Origin: Spongospora subterranea f. sp. subterranea
Taxonomy: Eukaryota
Length of the DNA: 64,000 bases
Reading direction: 5' to 3'
NCBI GenBank assembly: GCA_049724395.1
Contig: JAUGWO010000091.1
Span: 1-64,000, forward strand
Shown: piece by piece, positions 20,878-35,600 of the stretch
How positions within the stretch are numbered: position 1 is the first letter of the stretch
Layout: the number at the start of each line of letters is the position of its first letter
Program-made: the position numbers and the translations under genes
The notes under the pieces: generated by a model
What the model saw: the letters and a program-made list of their open reading frames with translations, nothing else
What the model was told of the DNA's origin: nothing
Database searches by the model: none

Positions 20878-22225
20878 CGATGGTCATGAACCATTTCTAT
20901 TCCATTGCAGTCCATATCCTTCCTACATAGAGGTGTTCGACGCGGGATTATCATTGAGGTTCAGTAACCATTTAGCCCGAAAACACAGCGATTTCGTGCA
21001 TGCTGCAAGGTGCAATCGCCCAATTCCCAGGTGCAATGAGACCAATTTCAACAGGAATTGACGCCAGCCTAATGTTATAATTATGTAGTGGAAAATGCGA
21101 TATATTTTATTTCGAAATGCTCGTTGTGGAGACCGGGCAACGCGGTGCAATTTCCATAGGGCTTTGTGATGAAACTGCCGATCTTCTACACCAACCTGGT
21201 GTGGATCATAACTCTTTTGGGTGGGATATAGCCAACACAGTTTGTCCACATGTGCCATAATGTGGATTCACTTTCAGGTATCGAGGTCTTGATGGCCGTG
21301 TATATGCAGGGTCGACGACAGGTCGAGATTACAGCCATCAATTTATGATCAATGACGTCATCGGCTGTGGAATCTCATTCTTGTCCAATGAAGTATTTTT
21401 CACACGTAATGGTGTTTTTCTTGGTACAGCTGCAACGCTGACAATGGTCCCCGTACTATACGCCACAATCGGTTTGGGTAGCTCTGGGGAAATAGTCACT
21501 GTGAATTTCGGTGAAACAAAGCCATTCACGTTTGATATTGCCGCGTTTGAGCGCAGCGAGCGTGAAAAACAAGAACAAGCTATTGCTAAAGTGAAAGTTG
21601 ATGCCAGTATCCTTCCACCGTTGGTGCGTTCCTATCTAGCCTATAGCGGATATTCTTCAAGCTTATCTGCATTTGATCAAGCAAACATCGCTGGCTCCAC
21701 TGGGCAAATCGAAAACTCAGTTTTCGAGTCGATTTTGCCGAGGCAGCGAATCACTAATTCTATATGTCTCGATCAGATTCAGGAAGCCATATCGTTTATT
21801 CAACAATTATGTCCAGACATCTTGGATCAACGCAACCGCACACTTGTGCAGTGCCAGTTGCTCGTCTTAGATTTCGTTAAACTTGCTCGTGCAAAACTTC
21901 TTCCGCAAGCAATTCAGTACGCCCAAACTGTGCTGCATCCGTTCTGCTCTATTCCAGATTGCGATGCCCTGCTTCGCAATGCTCTCTCTCGTTATTGGTG
22001 TCAACAGATAACGAGCCTCAAAATCGACTTCTGTCTTATGAATTTCGTGAAAACGTTGCCGCGGAAGTCAACAAAGCAATTCTGCAGTCAATTGGTGCTC
22101 GTTCCAGTTGCGGTTTGGAACTGTTTTTGAAACAGCTTATGGCCGTCCATCAAGCATACCGTGACGAAAACTCGCAAATGGGTAAAGCCTATGAATTTGA
22201 TTTCGACGACATGCCTATCATGTAA
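20861..22225 (+). CDS. RanBP9/RanBP10 (GID1)-like CTLH complex subunit (SPRY-LisH-CTLH-CRA)
   Basis: AARCNRPIP/SGKCDIFYFEMLVVETG..GAISIG, SFGYRGLDG, NDVIGCGI..EVFFTRNGVFLG, LYATIGLGSSGEIVTVNFG; LisH LVRSYLAYSGY; CRA RENVAAEVNKAIL. Confidence 0.9.
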
Positions 22226-22579
22226 GATTTTACAAGCACTTTTTGATCAAGGATTTCATATCTATTAAATTACCGCTTTTTATTCCGCAATCATCTTTTG
22301 CTGCCGTGCAAAATAACAACCTCACTTTCCGAACCGTACGTTTGTCCGAGGAAACTTGACTTAGAAGTTCTAATCTTTGAAAAGGCCTGCAATTCCACTC
22401 AGTTTCGACGGTCTAATACAGATTCCCAAGTCGAAGGATTCAAGTAGATTTGTTCATAGGGATTCTTCAATAGACCTTCATTCCTCAATTAAATTGCCAC
22501 GTAAATTGGGGCACTTTTGAACGAGCGAAGGATCGAAGCGGTACTGATAAAACTAATTAAAAAAAAAGGGCAATCAGGC

Positions 22580-23365
22580 ATGGGGTGTCAGTTTTCACGA
22601 GAGTTAGTCGTTAATCAAGACTCAACGACACAAGAAGCGGAACAGGATAATGGCGATCCCGGTGAAATTACGGCACCGCCGCATGAACCCGAAGCAGCAG
22701 CCTCCAGGACCTATGATTTGTCGAAGGATCTCGCCGTCGATGTCTCCATACCGAAGGATAAGATGGCCCGTGTTCGCAATGGACATGAAGCGGCTTTGAA
22801 ATTGGTTAAAACCATTCAGTTTGACGCTGGTTGTCAAGACGAGTCAGTCATTCCTTTATCTTCCCTTGTCAAACTAGTACGTCGTGACTTCCAGGAACTC
22901 TCTATCGACGATATTGCAGACGTGTTTATCAGACACATGAAACTGAATCTCTATCTTGAGGCCCTTCCAGGAGAGCACCAATCTGCAGCCTCAAAATTGC
23001 CTTATTCCAATGTCGTAGTTCCTATCCAAAAATTGACAATAATGCTGGCACGATTGCCATGCTTCCAAGGTCCTTCTCGGCCGGCGTCACAGTTTATGTC
23101 TTGGCATACAAAGCTAAAGTTCTGTCGGCTATGTCAGACCAAGGTAAGCACATGTTAACCTGCCAAGGGTTTTTGTTAACCGGTGTGGTGTTTTATAGAC
23201 TGGCGCCTTGCGAAGAAGCACGACTTTTGCGGTCCTTCCAATAAAAGCAGAGCCACCTGGGATCCTTATACCAAAGAAATTGCCTCCATTAAATCTTGCA
23301 CCTGGAGCCCCACTTCACAATCAGCTCAAAGGAGAATCTCCGCTGGCATCCCACTTCAATATTAA
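22580..23365 (+). CDS. Hypothetical protein with N-terminal MGC dual-acylation motif
   Basis: ATG at 22580 gives MGCQFS. Long ORF to ~23140, then a probable intron and last exon ending at 23365. Confidence 0.55.
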
Positions 23366-23695
23366 ACTCAAAAACGGTTTTTAAGTTGGACTGTCGATGA
23401 GAATCAACCGGAAAATGATTATCTAGGTCTGATGTCTTGCTCTTCCCTATCAGCATCTTCCATTAGACTCACTGAGCTTCTTTGAATGTATTTGAACACA
23501 TGGGGAACAATACTTGCCGAGCGAACTTGTATCGCCACTCAGGTGTTACAATGAAACGGAGTACACATGTCGCGAAACGCTGGCTATGGTATCGTTAGCG
23601 ACGGTGATTGTGATTACATGGGCTAGATCGTCACAGGTATAGTGCTAGACGACTGGTGAGCTGCTGGGTTCACCGTTCATAGCAGATTTGGCGAT

Positions 23696-26600
23696 ATGGA
23701 TGGGGGCAGCGACCATACGGACCCACAATCATTGCAGAGAGCGTTACGCTCGAGATTGATCAGGAAAGCGACGCCATCTGTGCTGAAAAAATATGGGGAG
23801 CGTAGTCCGAAGCGGGTGACGACGCAAAATAAATCGGTGTCTGCAGCTGCAGAAGCGTCAGCAAAATTCTTTGACTTTGCTGGTTATCAAAACACCGTTG
23901 CCAGTGATCAAAATCCTGGGCGAATTGCCCAGACGGGCGAACAGCTCAAGGTCAACAAAACGCTGCATGCGTCAGAGAAAATACAGGCTCCCAAGAAGCA
24001 ATCATCGAGCCAAGATCCACTTAGTCCTTTCACTTTTATTCACTCTGTACGCACAGAGCCCGCTTCGGAACGATTCGTGTATTTGAATTCAATCGGTCCA
24101 TACAATCTTCGAATTGTGCATCATACTAAAGTATGGAAAAAGGCAACTAGAGCCGATTTACGAACAATTGTTAAATGTCCCTCAGGTGAACCCGGCAAAC
24201 CATTACACAATGTCCAATGCAGGGGTCACACATTTTTATGCAGGGCAATCCACTTTTATTCCATTAGGTATTTTCCCTGTAGGTTCTTCAGTAATTACAC
24301 TCCTGATCAACTGTCGCATAGATCGATGGGAAAGAGAATATACATTGTATTCCAAGTTGATGATCATTCCTTTCTTCGCAAAATACAGAATGTGGAAGTC
24401 ATTCATTCTTTGGAAAAAGCATATCCGGTCAACAAAGACCAGCAAATATGAATCTATTCTACAAGCCAATTTGCTCATTTTGAGCATAAATCTTCGGGAA
24501 CCACTAATGAAGTTACGAGAACTGCTTGCTGAAGTGTCATCTTGGGATTTGTTTGCTGTAATATTTGAGATTGATCCAAGATATTAGCTGAACCTGGGCG
24601 TTTTAATAGGTTGATCGGTGGACTACTTTGAGTTTAGCAGACTTTTCTGCTAATCAATCAAAGCGACTAGAAAACATTAAGCAGAAGCTACAAAATTTGA
24701 AGGAGAATGTTTATAGGGTCGTTTTAGAGGCTTGCGAAGTCGATTTGAATCGGTTTTTAGTCCAAAATGGATTTCGTTCATTGCCTGGTGGAAACGGAAC
24801 AGAACATTCACAAGAGACAGTTGAGAAAGCAAGTTTTAGTGTGAACTGACTATCTGAAATGTTTAACGGTGATTTAATTTAGATATCACATGCAGAAAGA
24901 GCGGCGATTCGCTCAGAATGTAAAAAACTATCAAAATTCATCAAGCTGGCGGATTACTTCTTGATTGGTACCCTGGCATCCCTGTCCAAAAAATGCACAA
25001 ATAAGCTATGGAAAGCGTTGATAAACGCTCAAAGTTACGCAAACGTAGGTTACTGAGCCGGGACGCAGAAAACAAAACAGTTTTACAGCCGACTTCAGGA
25101 AAATGGCGACGAAGACAATGCGGAAGGTGACAACTCAGGAATGATTCCTGTGGTGTGCGAGCCTATATTTTCCGTCGAAATTTTACTGGCGGAGCGACGA
25201 TTCTCATTCTCCCCAACGTTGTCTGATTTCGACTCAACGTTGCGCAACATAGTTATGGATGCGGTTCAGGTTAGAAATATGCATCGTACTATGGATGCTC
25301 GTTTACCCTTGAGACAGGCCACAATGACGCTAGAATTGCTAAGCAATGATCCTGGTCTTGCACAATACACCCAGACTCATGCTGACGAAGCCGATGATAA
25401 CAACGATGATTCTGAATTACAAGCGATCGTGCTACAGGTCGGCAGTTTGAAAACCCCAATTTATCAGCGAGTATATTAACATTCAGGCATGATATAGGAC
25501 ACCGACTTCCAGGAATCGCTTCATGGCATTGCTGATGGGTTGCGTCTCATATTCTCGCAGTTAGAAGAATTCTCACACAAGTTCGACGTATTTCTCAACA
25601 TATATCTGGAGCCGCACCCAGACCTTACATTGTTGCGATCTGCTCAAGTTTCCGATTTCGCCGATATAATCAAAAAGTATACCGATCAAATTCAAGCCTT
25701 TCAAGGTAACTCGAGTTGCCTTCCACTTTTTTCTGTCAAAGCTAACTATTTATTCAACAGATTTACAGCATAGCTCAGTCGTTACAATAACTCGCCTGGA
25801 TAGCGAAAATCTGAAAAAGAGTCTACTTCCCATACCAGAAAAGCGGTTGATGGATGTCCAAAATATGTTGCCTGAATTGGCCAAAGATAAATCAACTCAG
25901 CTTTTGGAAACTCTGAAGACGTACAACGCTGACATATCAAGAGTTGCTGAATTTTCCTCGTTTTGTAAACCTATTGTAACCTGCTCTCATAGATTCCAGA
26001 CTCCGTTGACGACTTCGTATCTTTTATGGCCCATCTCACGAGAGCTAATGGGCACGCCGACCTATTAGACGATGAATTCCAATCTATTACGGCTTTATAT
26101 GCGTTAATTGACGAATATTCGATCAGAGTATCTGAGAGCGATGGTGTCGTATACGATAAATTAGCGCAGGTATGTTATAAGTCCTGCCAATGTTTGATGA
26201 ACCTTGATTTTTTCAATAAATAGGCTCGTCAAACATTAAAAACTACAGTGTCGCTCTCTGAGTCATCTATTGAAGACAATATTGCCAGGTTTAGCAGAGA
26301 ACTAACAACGGAGATTCCAATTCTGGTCAAGAATGTCGCTAAAGTAGAAGAAAAGCTCCAAGACGGCTGCATTGCCAACATCAATTCGAAACCAGGTGAC
26401 GTTCTCAAATTCATTTCGGACCAGGCAAGTGCTATTCCATAATTGAAATATAATCTGACCTTGATGGTTAAGGATATCGAGCTTCGACGTCTTGAAGAGC
26501 TTTCTCGAAAGTACCAATATAGTCAACAAGTATTGGAAGTAGAAATTTCGCAGTTCGACCACATCGCGGAAGTTCGACAGGATTTGGAGGTGAAGATGGA

Positions 26601-29600
26601 ACTCTATAGATCTATAGTTGAATGGGAAGAACGAACAAACCTATGGAAAGAACAGTTGTTCACGGAGATTGAAGTTGACAACATTTCCGAAGAGCTGAAG
26701 AAATTCCTGAAAACTGCAATGAAGGCGTATCGACTGTTAGAGAATAATCCAGTATTCATTTGCTCACAATTTGCCATGAACTACATCTGAACTGTGCTCT
26801 AGGTCGTCCCAATTTTCAAGGCAAAAGTCATGTCATTCCAGCAAGCAATGCCAATTGTGATTGACCTCAGAAACAAATCCCTGGCTGACAGACACTGGAC
26901 AGAAATCCAGTCTCTAATTGGGTACGACATTCCAGCCGACCCTCAGTTCTGTCTAGGTAAGACAGGCGTTAAGATTTACGTTGAGAATCTTACCGTCGGG
27001 CAGGAACGCTGATCGAGCTCAATGCAATCAAGTTTGCAGCTGAGATCAATGCGATATCTGTGAAAGCAGTTCAAGAAGCGGGCCTGTTGGTTATGCTCGA
27101 TAAAGTCGTCACAACATGGAAAGATCTCGATTTCATTCTGCTTCCGTACAAAGACCAAAAAGACGTAAGCCGTTGGGGAGGATGATATCAATCTCTTTAA
27201 TCTTGCAATAGGTTTGGGTGTTGGGGTCCCTTGAGGACATCATCGCTAGTCTTGATGAGTCGTTGGTCACAATCAATACAATAACTGGATCTAGGTACAT
27301 AGATCCTATACGGAAGCAAGTCCTTGAATGGAACAAGCGACTGTTACTGTTCCAAGAAGTTGTTGATGAGTGGATAACCTGTCAACGAAAATGGAGATAC
27401 TTAGAGACAATATTCTCTGCACAGGTTGTACTGCTCCAATCCCTAATGATGTCGAACTTAACATTGCAATAGGACATTGTCAGGCAACTGGCCTGAAGAC
27501 TCTAAACTCTTCGCTATTGTGAATAAGTCGTGGCATGAGATCATGAAGAGAACGGCAGACGATCCAAATGCCCTGAAAGCGGCGACCTCGTATCACGGGC
27601 TGAAAGAAACTTTGCAGCAGCACAATGCTATGTTGGACAAAATCGAGAAACGTCTTGAGGTGGGTGAATGATTTGACCATGGAGAACTTATTAACCTTTA
27701 TTTGAAAGGATTATTTGGAGACGAAACGACAAAGCTTCCCAAGGTTTTACTTTCTTTCCAACGATGAACTTTTGGAAATTTTGGCTCAGTCCAAAAACGT
27801 CCGAGCAGTACAGCCACATCTCAGAAAGTGCTTTGACAATATCGTTAGCCTTGATTTTGGAAAGGACCCTAAGTCAACAGATATATTGGCCATGAATTCG
27901 TCAGAAGGGGAGCGGGTTCCCTTAGGTGCGACAATGGGATGACTTGTGGCTTTATCTCATTCTTGGTTAGGCAAGAATTTAAAGGCTCGTGGTAGCGTCG
28001 AGCTTTGGCTCTGCGCCTTGGAAACTGATATGGTGAAAAGTTTTTACACAAGTTCATGAAGCAGGGTCTGATAGATTATGACGAGACGCCACGCCCGGAA
28101 TGGGTATTGCAGCAATTTGGTCAAATCGTGATGACCGTGTCACAAATAACGTGGGCGCGGGGATGTGAACAAGCGCTGTGTAGCTCATCTCCAATATCGT
28201 CCATGAAATCGTGGTACGATACCCAAGTTCAGCAGTTGGCGAACCTCACCGAAGTGGTCCGCATGGATCTCTCTTCCATTGATCGGCAAAAGGTCATTAT
28301 TTTGTTGTTGATTTTTTGAAGTTACTCACCTGTTTTCACAAATTAGGTCGTGGCGTTGGTGACAACAGACGTCCATGCTCGTGACGTTATCAAAGCAATG
28401 CTCGATAATGCAGTCGCAAATACCAACGATTTTAGGTGGCAGCAGCAGCTAAGGTATGCTTGTATTTTGTACATCGTTGTTAGAATTGATGCAATCTTGC
28501 TGAAGGTTCTACTGGGACACCGACAAGGATGACTGCATTGTAAGGCAAGTCAATGCCCAATTTGATTATGGCTATGAGTACATGGGGGTTACGTCAAGAC
28601 TGGTTATCACTCCACTAACCGACAGGTCCATGAATATTACGAAGCGTTGATGGGAACGACACTGAATCGAGTTGTTTCAGATGTTGGATGACGATAACTG
28701 GAGCCCTGCATATAAAATTAGGGTGCTCTCCTGCGGGTCCGGCCGGAACAGGTAATTATTTTCATTTCGACTTTCAGGTCAGCATGTGAATCTGGTTCAA
28801 GGTAAAACGGAATCGGTGAAAGATCTGGCTAAAGCCCTTGGAATACAATGTGTAGTCTTCAACTGTTCAGACCAAATAGACTATAAGGTCGGCTTTCAAT
28901 ATCAACGGTTTTTCGTAGTCGTCAACTGAATGAAATCAGATGATGGGAAAACTTTTCTCCGGATTGGCACAAAGCGGGGCATGGGCGTGTCTTGATGAAT
29001 TTAACAGAATCGACATTGAAGTTCTTTCTGTTATCGCTCAGCAACTTCTTCAAATCAGACAGGCGTTGCTTCAGAATTTAACGGAATTTATGTTCATGGA
29101 CCACGTAATCACTCTGAAACCCCTGTGCGGCGTCATGGTGACCATGAACCCAGGATATGCTGGGAGAACAGAGCTTCCGGATAACTTAAAAGTATGTCAG
29201 ATATTTATAATTGATGGAAAACCTCCAATTTACACATTTGCCATCGCAGGTGATGTTCCGCCCCGTGTCGATGATGATTCCCGATTATGCTTTGATTGCC
29301 GAGATTATGCTTTTTGCTGAAGGGTTTTCATCGGCATCCATCCTTTCCAAAAAAATGGTCACTCGCTCGTCTCAAGTACTCCGATTTTCCCTCACGTTTC
29401 GGATCAGGTTAAACTGTACAAGTTAAGCTCAGAACAGTTGAGTCAGCAAGATCATTATGACTTTGGCATGCGGGCAGTAAAATCTGTGCTTGTAATGGCG
29501 GGGTCCCTGAAGAGGGCTCAGCCCAATTTAAACGAAGACGCCGTGCTGATTCGAGCAATGAGGTTGTCCCCCGTTTTATGGTAGTTAACAGCATTATAGT

Positions 29601-32600
29601 AATAAGTTTCAGAGATGCCAACGTTCCGAAATTCCTTAATGATGATTTGCCATTGTTTGGGGCCATCGTTCAAGACCTCTTTCCTGGGACGGTTTTAGTA
29701 GATCCAGACTATGGTCAGCTCAAGCTTGAAATTGAGGTAGTTTTTGGTTGAAGCAGCAAACTATTGATTACTTACGATATGGATATTACAGGCTTGTTCA
29801 GAAGCCAGCGGACTTCAAAAAGTGCCTAACTTTGTCACGAAAGTTATTCAGCTATTCGACACTTTCAACGTCAGGTTTGGCGTAATGCTTGTCGGGCCAA
29901 CAGGATCGGGTAAAACTGAATGCTATCGGATGCTCGCCAAGGCGATGATCAGTTTGAAGGAAAAGGTTTGTGCAGAGGTCCATCGATTTCGTGCGGGTTT
30001 CTGATGATGTGCAATAGAATCCCAGTTCTAGCGTATATGCCAACATTCTTCAGCACATTTTGAATCCCAAGTGCATTTCAATGGGGGAACTATATGGTGA
30101 GGTCAGCGTGCTGTCCCAGGAATGGACAGATGGACTTGCATCAACAATAATGAGGGAAGCAATCAAAGACGAGGTTTCTGAGAACAAGCACTGGATAGTT
30201 TTCGGTAATACGTATGGGAATCCGTTTCATATTCGTCTTCCGAAGACGTATTTCCAGATGGCCCTGTTGACGCGCTCTGGATTGAGAATATGAACACAGT
30301 GCTCGACGACAATATGACTTTATGTCTTGCCAACGGTGAGCGTATCAAGCTTAAGAAAGAGCTTCGAATGCTCTTCGAAGTCGAAGATTTGGCTGTCGCG
30401 TCGCCTGCGACTGTTTCCCGATGTGGAATGGTCTATATTCCTGCAGCAGATGTTGGGACTCAACCGTTCATTGAATCATGGATTCAACATACGCTGGATA
30501 CCAAGGTTCCAGTTGAGGTGAGAGTCGGGAACCATTTGACGATTACAGAGTATGACACGGTCCAGGTTCGGGACGATCTACGCAACTCGTTCGCGACATT
30601 TTTGGAGATTTTGGCATTTCAACGACAGCATTGTTCTGAGCCCATTGTCACCGTCGATATTAACATTGCAGCTTCTGTATGTCGTATTTTCCAGGTATCT
30701 GTTCGAGCGTACTGTTTTCACCTCTGTCTGATTGGGTTTTCAAGGCTCTGTTTTCTGAAAATAATGGGGTCAACTTCATACCATCTGCTATCGCTGTTGT
30801 AGAAAACACCGTAGATGCGGCCAATATTTCAACGCCTACAGAATCGCCTCCTGCAGATACGGGTACATCGCGTATCCTAATGAAGAAATATCGGCGACTA
30901 ATTGTCATCCAGAATCGGAAAAAGCCAGATTCTTGGATCAGCTAAAAGCGCTGTCTCAGGATATATATCTATTCGCTGTGATTTGGGCCGTTGGAGGATC
31001 TATATCTGAGAAGTATCGGGATAGGTAAACTGCCATCGTATATACGTAACGTCATATCTAATGCAGCATCAGATTTTCTGATTTTATCAAGCAACTTGTG
31101 CCGCGTTCTCGTATTCCGAAAACAGGAAGCGTTTTTGAGGTACCCTTGGAGTTCTAGGATGAATCAACACCAACCTGCATTTAGTATTATATTGATGTCA
31201 AGCAAGGGTTCTGGAAGAAATGGGACGGGAAGGTCGGGGATTTCAACTTCAGCGTTGATTCTGCCTATTTCCAGCTCCTAGTTCCAACGATAGACACTGC
31301 AACATTTTCCTTTCTTATGGAATTGCAAATCAAGCTCAATCATTCAGTTTTCTTCACTGGAGTAACTGGTGTCGGAAAATCGATCATTGCTGCCGGTAGA
31401 CCTCCTTCATGTAATAGTTAGGCATTTCCAAAGGGTTTTGCCGCAGATGTTTTCCAATCGATGAAAGAAAAATCTGGAGCAATTCCCGTTGCGATTAATT
31501 TTTCAGCTCAAACTGGTTCGAGACAAGTCCAAGAAACAATCGAGTCAAAACTTGAAAAAAAGAGGAAAAATTTGCTTGGTGGACCTTTGGGAAAGCAGGT
31601 AGGTCAACGTTCGTACTTCAAAACAACATTTACCTCAGAGCACTCTGCTTGCTGTTCAGGTTATCATATTTATAGACGACGTTAATATGCCAGCTGTGGA
31701 ACAATTTGGTGCTCAACCGCCAATTGAATTACTACGCCAGTTTCAAGTAAGCATCGCAGTCACCCCTTGATTGTTTCCACCAACCACTGCGTCAGGATAT
31801 GAAAGGATTTTACGACCGAGATAAGCTTTTCTGGAAATCTATCACAGACGTAACCGTTTGTTGCGGTGCTGCTCCACCTGGGGGTGGCAGGAACGCCATC
31901 TCCCGAAGGTATACTCTCGTCTGTCCACTCATGAACACGGTCCTTACAATTCTCAGGTTTACGCGTCATTTTCACATGCTGTGTATACCTTCGCCGTCGT
32001 TTGCTGTCATGAACCGAATATTCGGCAAAATACTCTCCGGTTATCTTGTCGCAGTACAGTTCAAAAAAGAGGTTTCTATTGTAAAGCACGTTAGTTCAGG
32101 GTTGGTTAACTCAATTCCGCGTAGATCCACACTCTATGCGATCCGATTGTGAAATCAACAATTCAGCTGTATTTGGACGTATCAGAAGAGTTACTTCCAA
32201 TCCCAGCAAAATCGCATTACACATTTAATCTGAGAGATATCTCAAAGGTGGTTCTTGCTCAGTCAAATCTTCTGTTCACACAGTGAACTCAGTATTCAGG
32301 TTTTTCAAGGAATACTGATGTGTAAACCGTCTTCGATTGGGACCAATACAGAAATGATGGTCCGATTGTGGATCCACGAAGCGCAACGCTGCCTTTACGA
32401 TCGCTTAATCGATTCTACTGATAAGCTCTGGTTCACTAAAACGCATCATCTCGCTTTTAGAGCAGAATTTCGCATTGTCGTGGGACCATGAGTCATTATT
32501 TGAAGACGATTCAAAACCAGTAAACGGCCTTGCATCTTATTAAGTGTGAGCTAAATTCTTCTATTCAGCTGATGTTTGCTGACTTCTTCAAGCCGATGGT

Positions 32601-35600
32601 TGACAAAGAATATGAGGAAGGAAAAGATCTCAGTAAATGTGTCGGCATCCTTCACGAGTTTTTAGAGGAATATAATATCAACTCAACGTCGAAAATTAAT
32701 CTCGTCTTCTTTGCCGATGCGGTACGCCATATCATCCGAATATCTCGAGTACTTCGGCAGCCGCGAGGTGAACTTCATGTAAACAGTTCTGTCCACACCT
32801 GACTGTCTGAAAAAGGGAATTTGATGTTGGTCGGTGTTGGTGGTTCTGGGAAGCAAAGTTTAACACGCTTAGCGTCCGCTATTGCAGAGTACAAATGTGT
32901 TCAGATTGAGGTACATGATGCTCAGGCTAATTCTGTGTCGTTCTTATTTTTTGGTGTTAAGAATCGAAAAGGCTATGGCTATAGCGAATTTCCGCGATGA
33001 CGTCAAATCGGTTTTGCTTTCCACAGGAGTTCAAGGACACCCTATCGTTTTTCTGTTCTCTGACTCCCAAATCATTGAAGAACGATTTTTAGAAGACATC
33101 AATTGTCTTCTGAATGCCGGTGAAATTCCAAACCTTTTCGCTTCAGATGAAGTATCGAAGATTGTAGACGACCTTTCTCCTACAGGTCGGTTCGTCGAAA
33201 CAACAAACATGCTTACATTGCTAAGTTTCTTTCTCGCAGTTGAAAAACTTGGGCTACCTGTCAATCGGGACACTGTTTATAACACTTTTGTGTCTCGTGT
33301 GAGGAAGAAGCTGCACATTGTTCTCTGTTTAAGCCCGGTCGGAGAATCGTTCCGAGTCCGCTGTCGAATGTTTCCTTCGTTGATTAACTGCACAACCATT
33401 GATTGGTTTCAGCCATGGCCTGAACAGGTCATCAACTCGACATGGAAATTCAACGCAGCTTCTGAAGAGTTTTCAGGCACTTCTCTCCGTCTCGTCTCGG
33501 TTTATTGAGACATTAGATCTTCCGTCAGAGGATCTGCGCTCTGCTCTGAAGAGTCTTTGTGTTCATGTTCACCTAACCGTTGAACAAGCGTGTGAACGAT
33601 TCTATCGTATGTGCCGTAGACGAGTAAGTGTCTGGTTTGGTGACAAACCCCCATTCTGATATTGGCGATAGATGTACATCACCCCCAAATCTTACCTTGA
33701 TTTGATCTCGCTTTTTTTGGGCATTCTCGAGGAGAAACGAAGTGACCTCAGAATGAAGCATGAACGGCTCAGTATCGGAATTTCCAAAATGAAAGAAACC
33801 AACGATATCGTAGCGAATCTGCAACAAGAATTGAAAAAGTCAGTGAGATATAGAGAGTCGCTGTTTACAGTTCTGGTAATACACTCTCAGTTTGCAGCCT
33901 GAACTGGTTTTGAAATCGAAAGAGACTGAAGAAATGCTGACACAAGTTGCGCAAGACCAAGAAACGGCGGATCGAGTTAAGAAAGTGTAAGTGGCTAGGT
34001 TTTTTACTCATCGAAAACTCAATCTAATTATGAAGAGTTATCGTTGAGGAAAATGCTGTCAATGAAGAAGCGACACGCGTTACGAAATTCCAAAGCAGAA
34101 GCCCAAGCAGACTTAGATCTTGCTCTTCCGGCCTTAGAAGCTGCTGTCGAGTCGTTGAACTCTCTCAATAAGGTGTGAATTTTACTATAGTTAGAACGTC
34201 AAATGGGCTGCAGTTTACACATTCTTGATTGGTCACAACAAAAAAAATTGTTATAATCATTCGTTTACGTTTGTAAAATATTCAGTCGTTTTATGCTTAG
34301 GGCGATATTAGCGAAGTCAAGGCTATGGCAAAGCCACCCAAAGGAGTAGTTATGGTCTGTGAAGCCGTCAACATTCTGTTGGGTGAAAAGCCAGATTGGG
34401 ATACATGCAAAAAGGTCACTACATTAGGGAAGTGCTTACGCAACGACTGATCACGATTTCATGACAGGTCATGTCCAACACACAGTTTCTGTCATTGCTC
34501 AAGGGGTATGATAAAGACAACATCAGTAAAAGCATTGTCAAGAAGCTGGAGCCATACATTGCCAATGAAGACTTCAACGAGAAAGTCATGGCAAAAGTAT
34601 CAAAAGCAGCCTTGAGCTTATGCAAATGGGTTTGTGCCGTTTACACATACTCGCAAGTTGCGAAGGAGGTAAATCGAAAAGGCGCACGGGGATCAAATTC
34701 CCCTTGCTCAATGCTCGGAATACATCAGGTTGAACCGAAGCGGTTACGGTTAGAAGAAATGAACAAGCAGCTTGCGAGCGCCAACGAAAAGCTGTCGCTT
34801 AAACAAGCTGAATTGAAAGCCGTCGTCAACAAAGTTGAAGCGTAAAACTGGATCATTCGAATTGCCAATCAAATTTGTGACGCTGAGATCTCCAGGCTCA
34901 AAGTCAAATGTGCGGCCGCTGTAAGCGAAAAGAATCGCCTGAACATGCTCTCGGAACAAACGAAAGATCGACTGAGCCGAGCATCGAAGCTGACAACTGG
35001 TAATCACCACTTGTGATTGATTGCCGATGTCGTGTTGAGGAGAGGGACACTAGGGCTCGCCGATGAAGCTATTCGATGGGACGTGACGATCAACGATATC
35101 TCGGTCTCCCTTGATAATTTGGTTGGGGACATTTTCCTATCTAGCGCGGCAGTTTCGTATTCTGGTCCATTTACAGGCGCATTCAGGTGATATATGACCA
35201 GTATGGTTTCGTTGATCAAGCGTTAACTTTAAATTGGTAGGGATGAATTGTTGGCTGATTGGCGCAAAGCCTGCCTGGGAGCGTCCATTCCTGTTTCTCC
35301 AAATTACAGTCTTGTTCGATCGTTGGGAGATCCAGTGCAGATCCGGGACTGGAACTTGAAAGGTTTACCAACCGATTCTGTTTCGGTTGACTCTGCCATA
35401 ATGGTTTTCCGCGGTCAACGATGGTATATAGCGAGAATGAACAACACATATGCGATCGTTAAGCGACCTTAGGCCTTTAATGATTGATCCTCAAGGTCAG
35501 GCGAAGAAGTGGATCAAACTGCTTCGTGGAAAGCAGCTGACGATCATGAAACAATCAAACCCAAACTTGCTACGGACGCTGGAAGGGGCGATTCGGAATG

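Noticed and set aside
24829..24882. GC-AG intron donor in dynein
   Set aside because: An in-frame GT donor at 24841 is equally possible; unresolved without cDNA.
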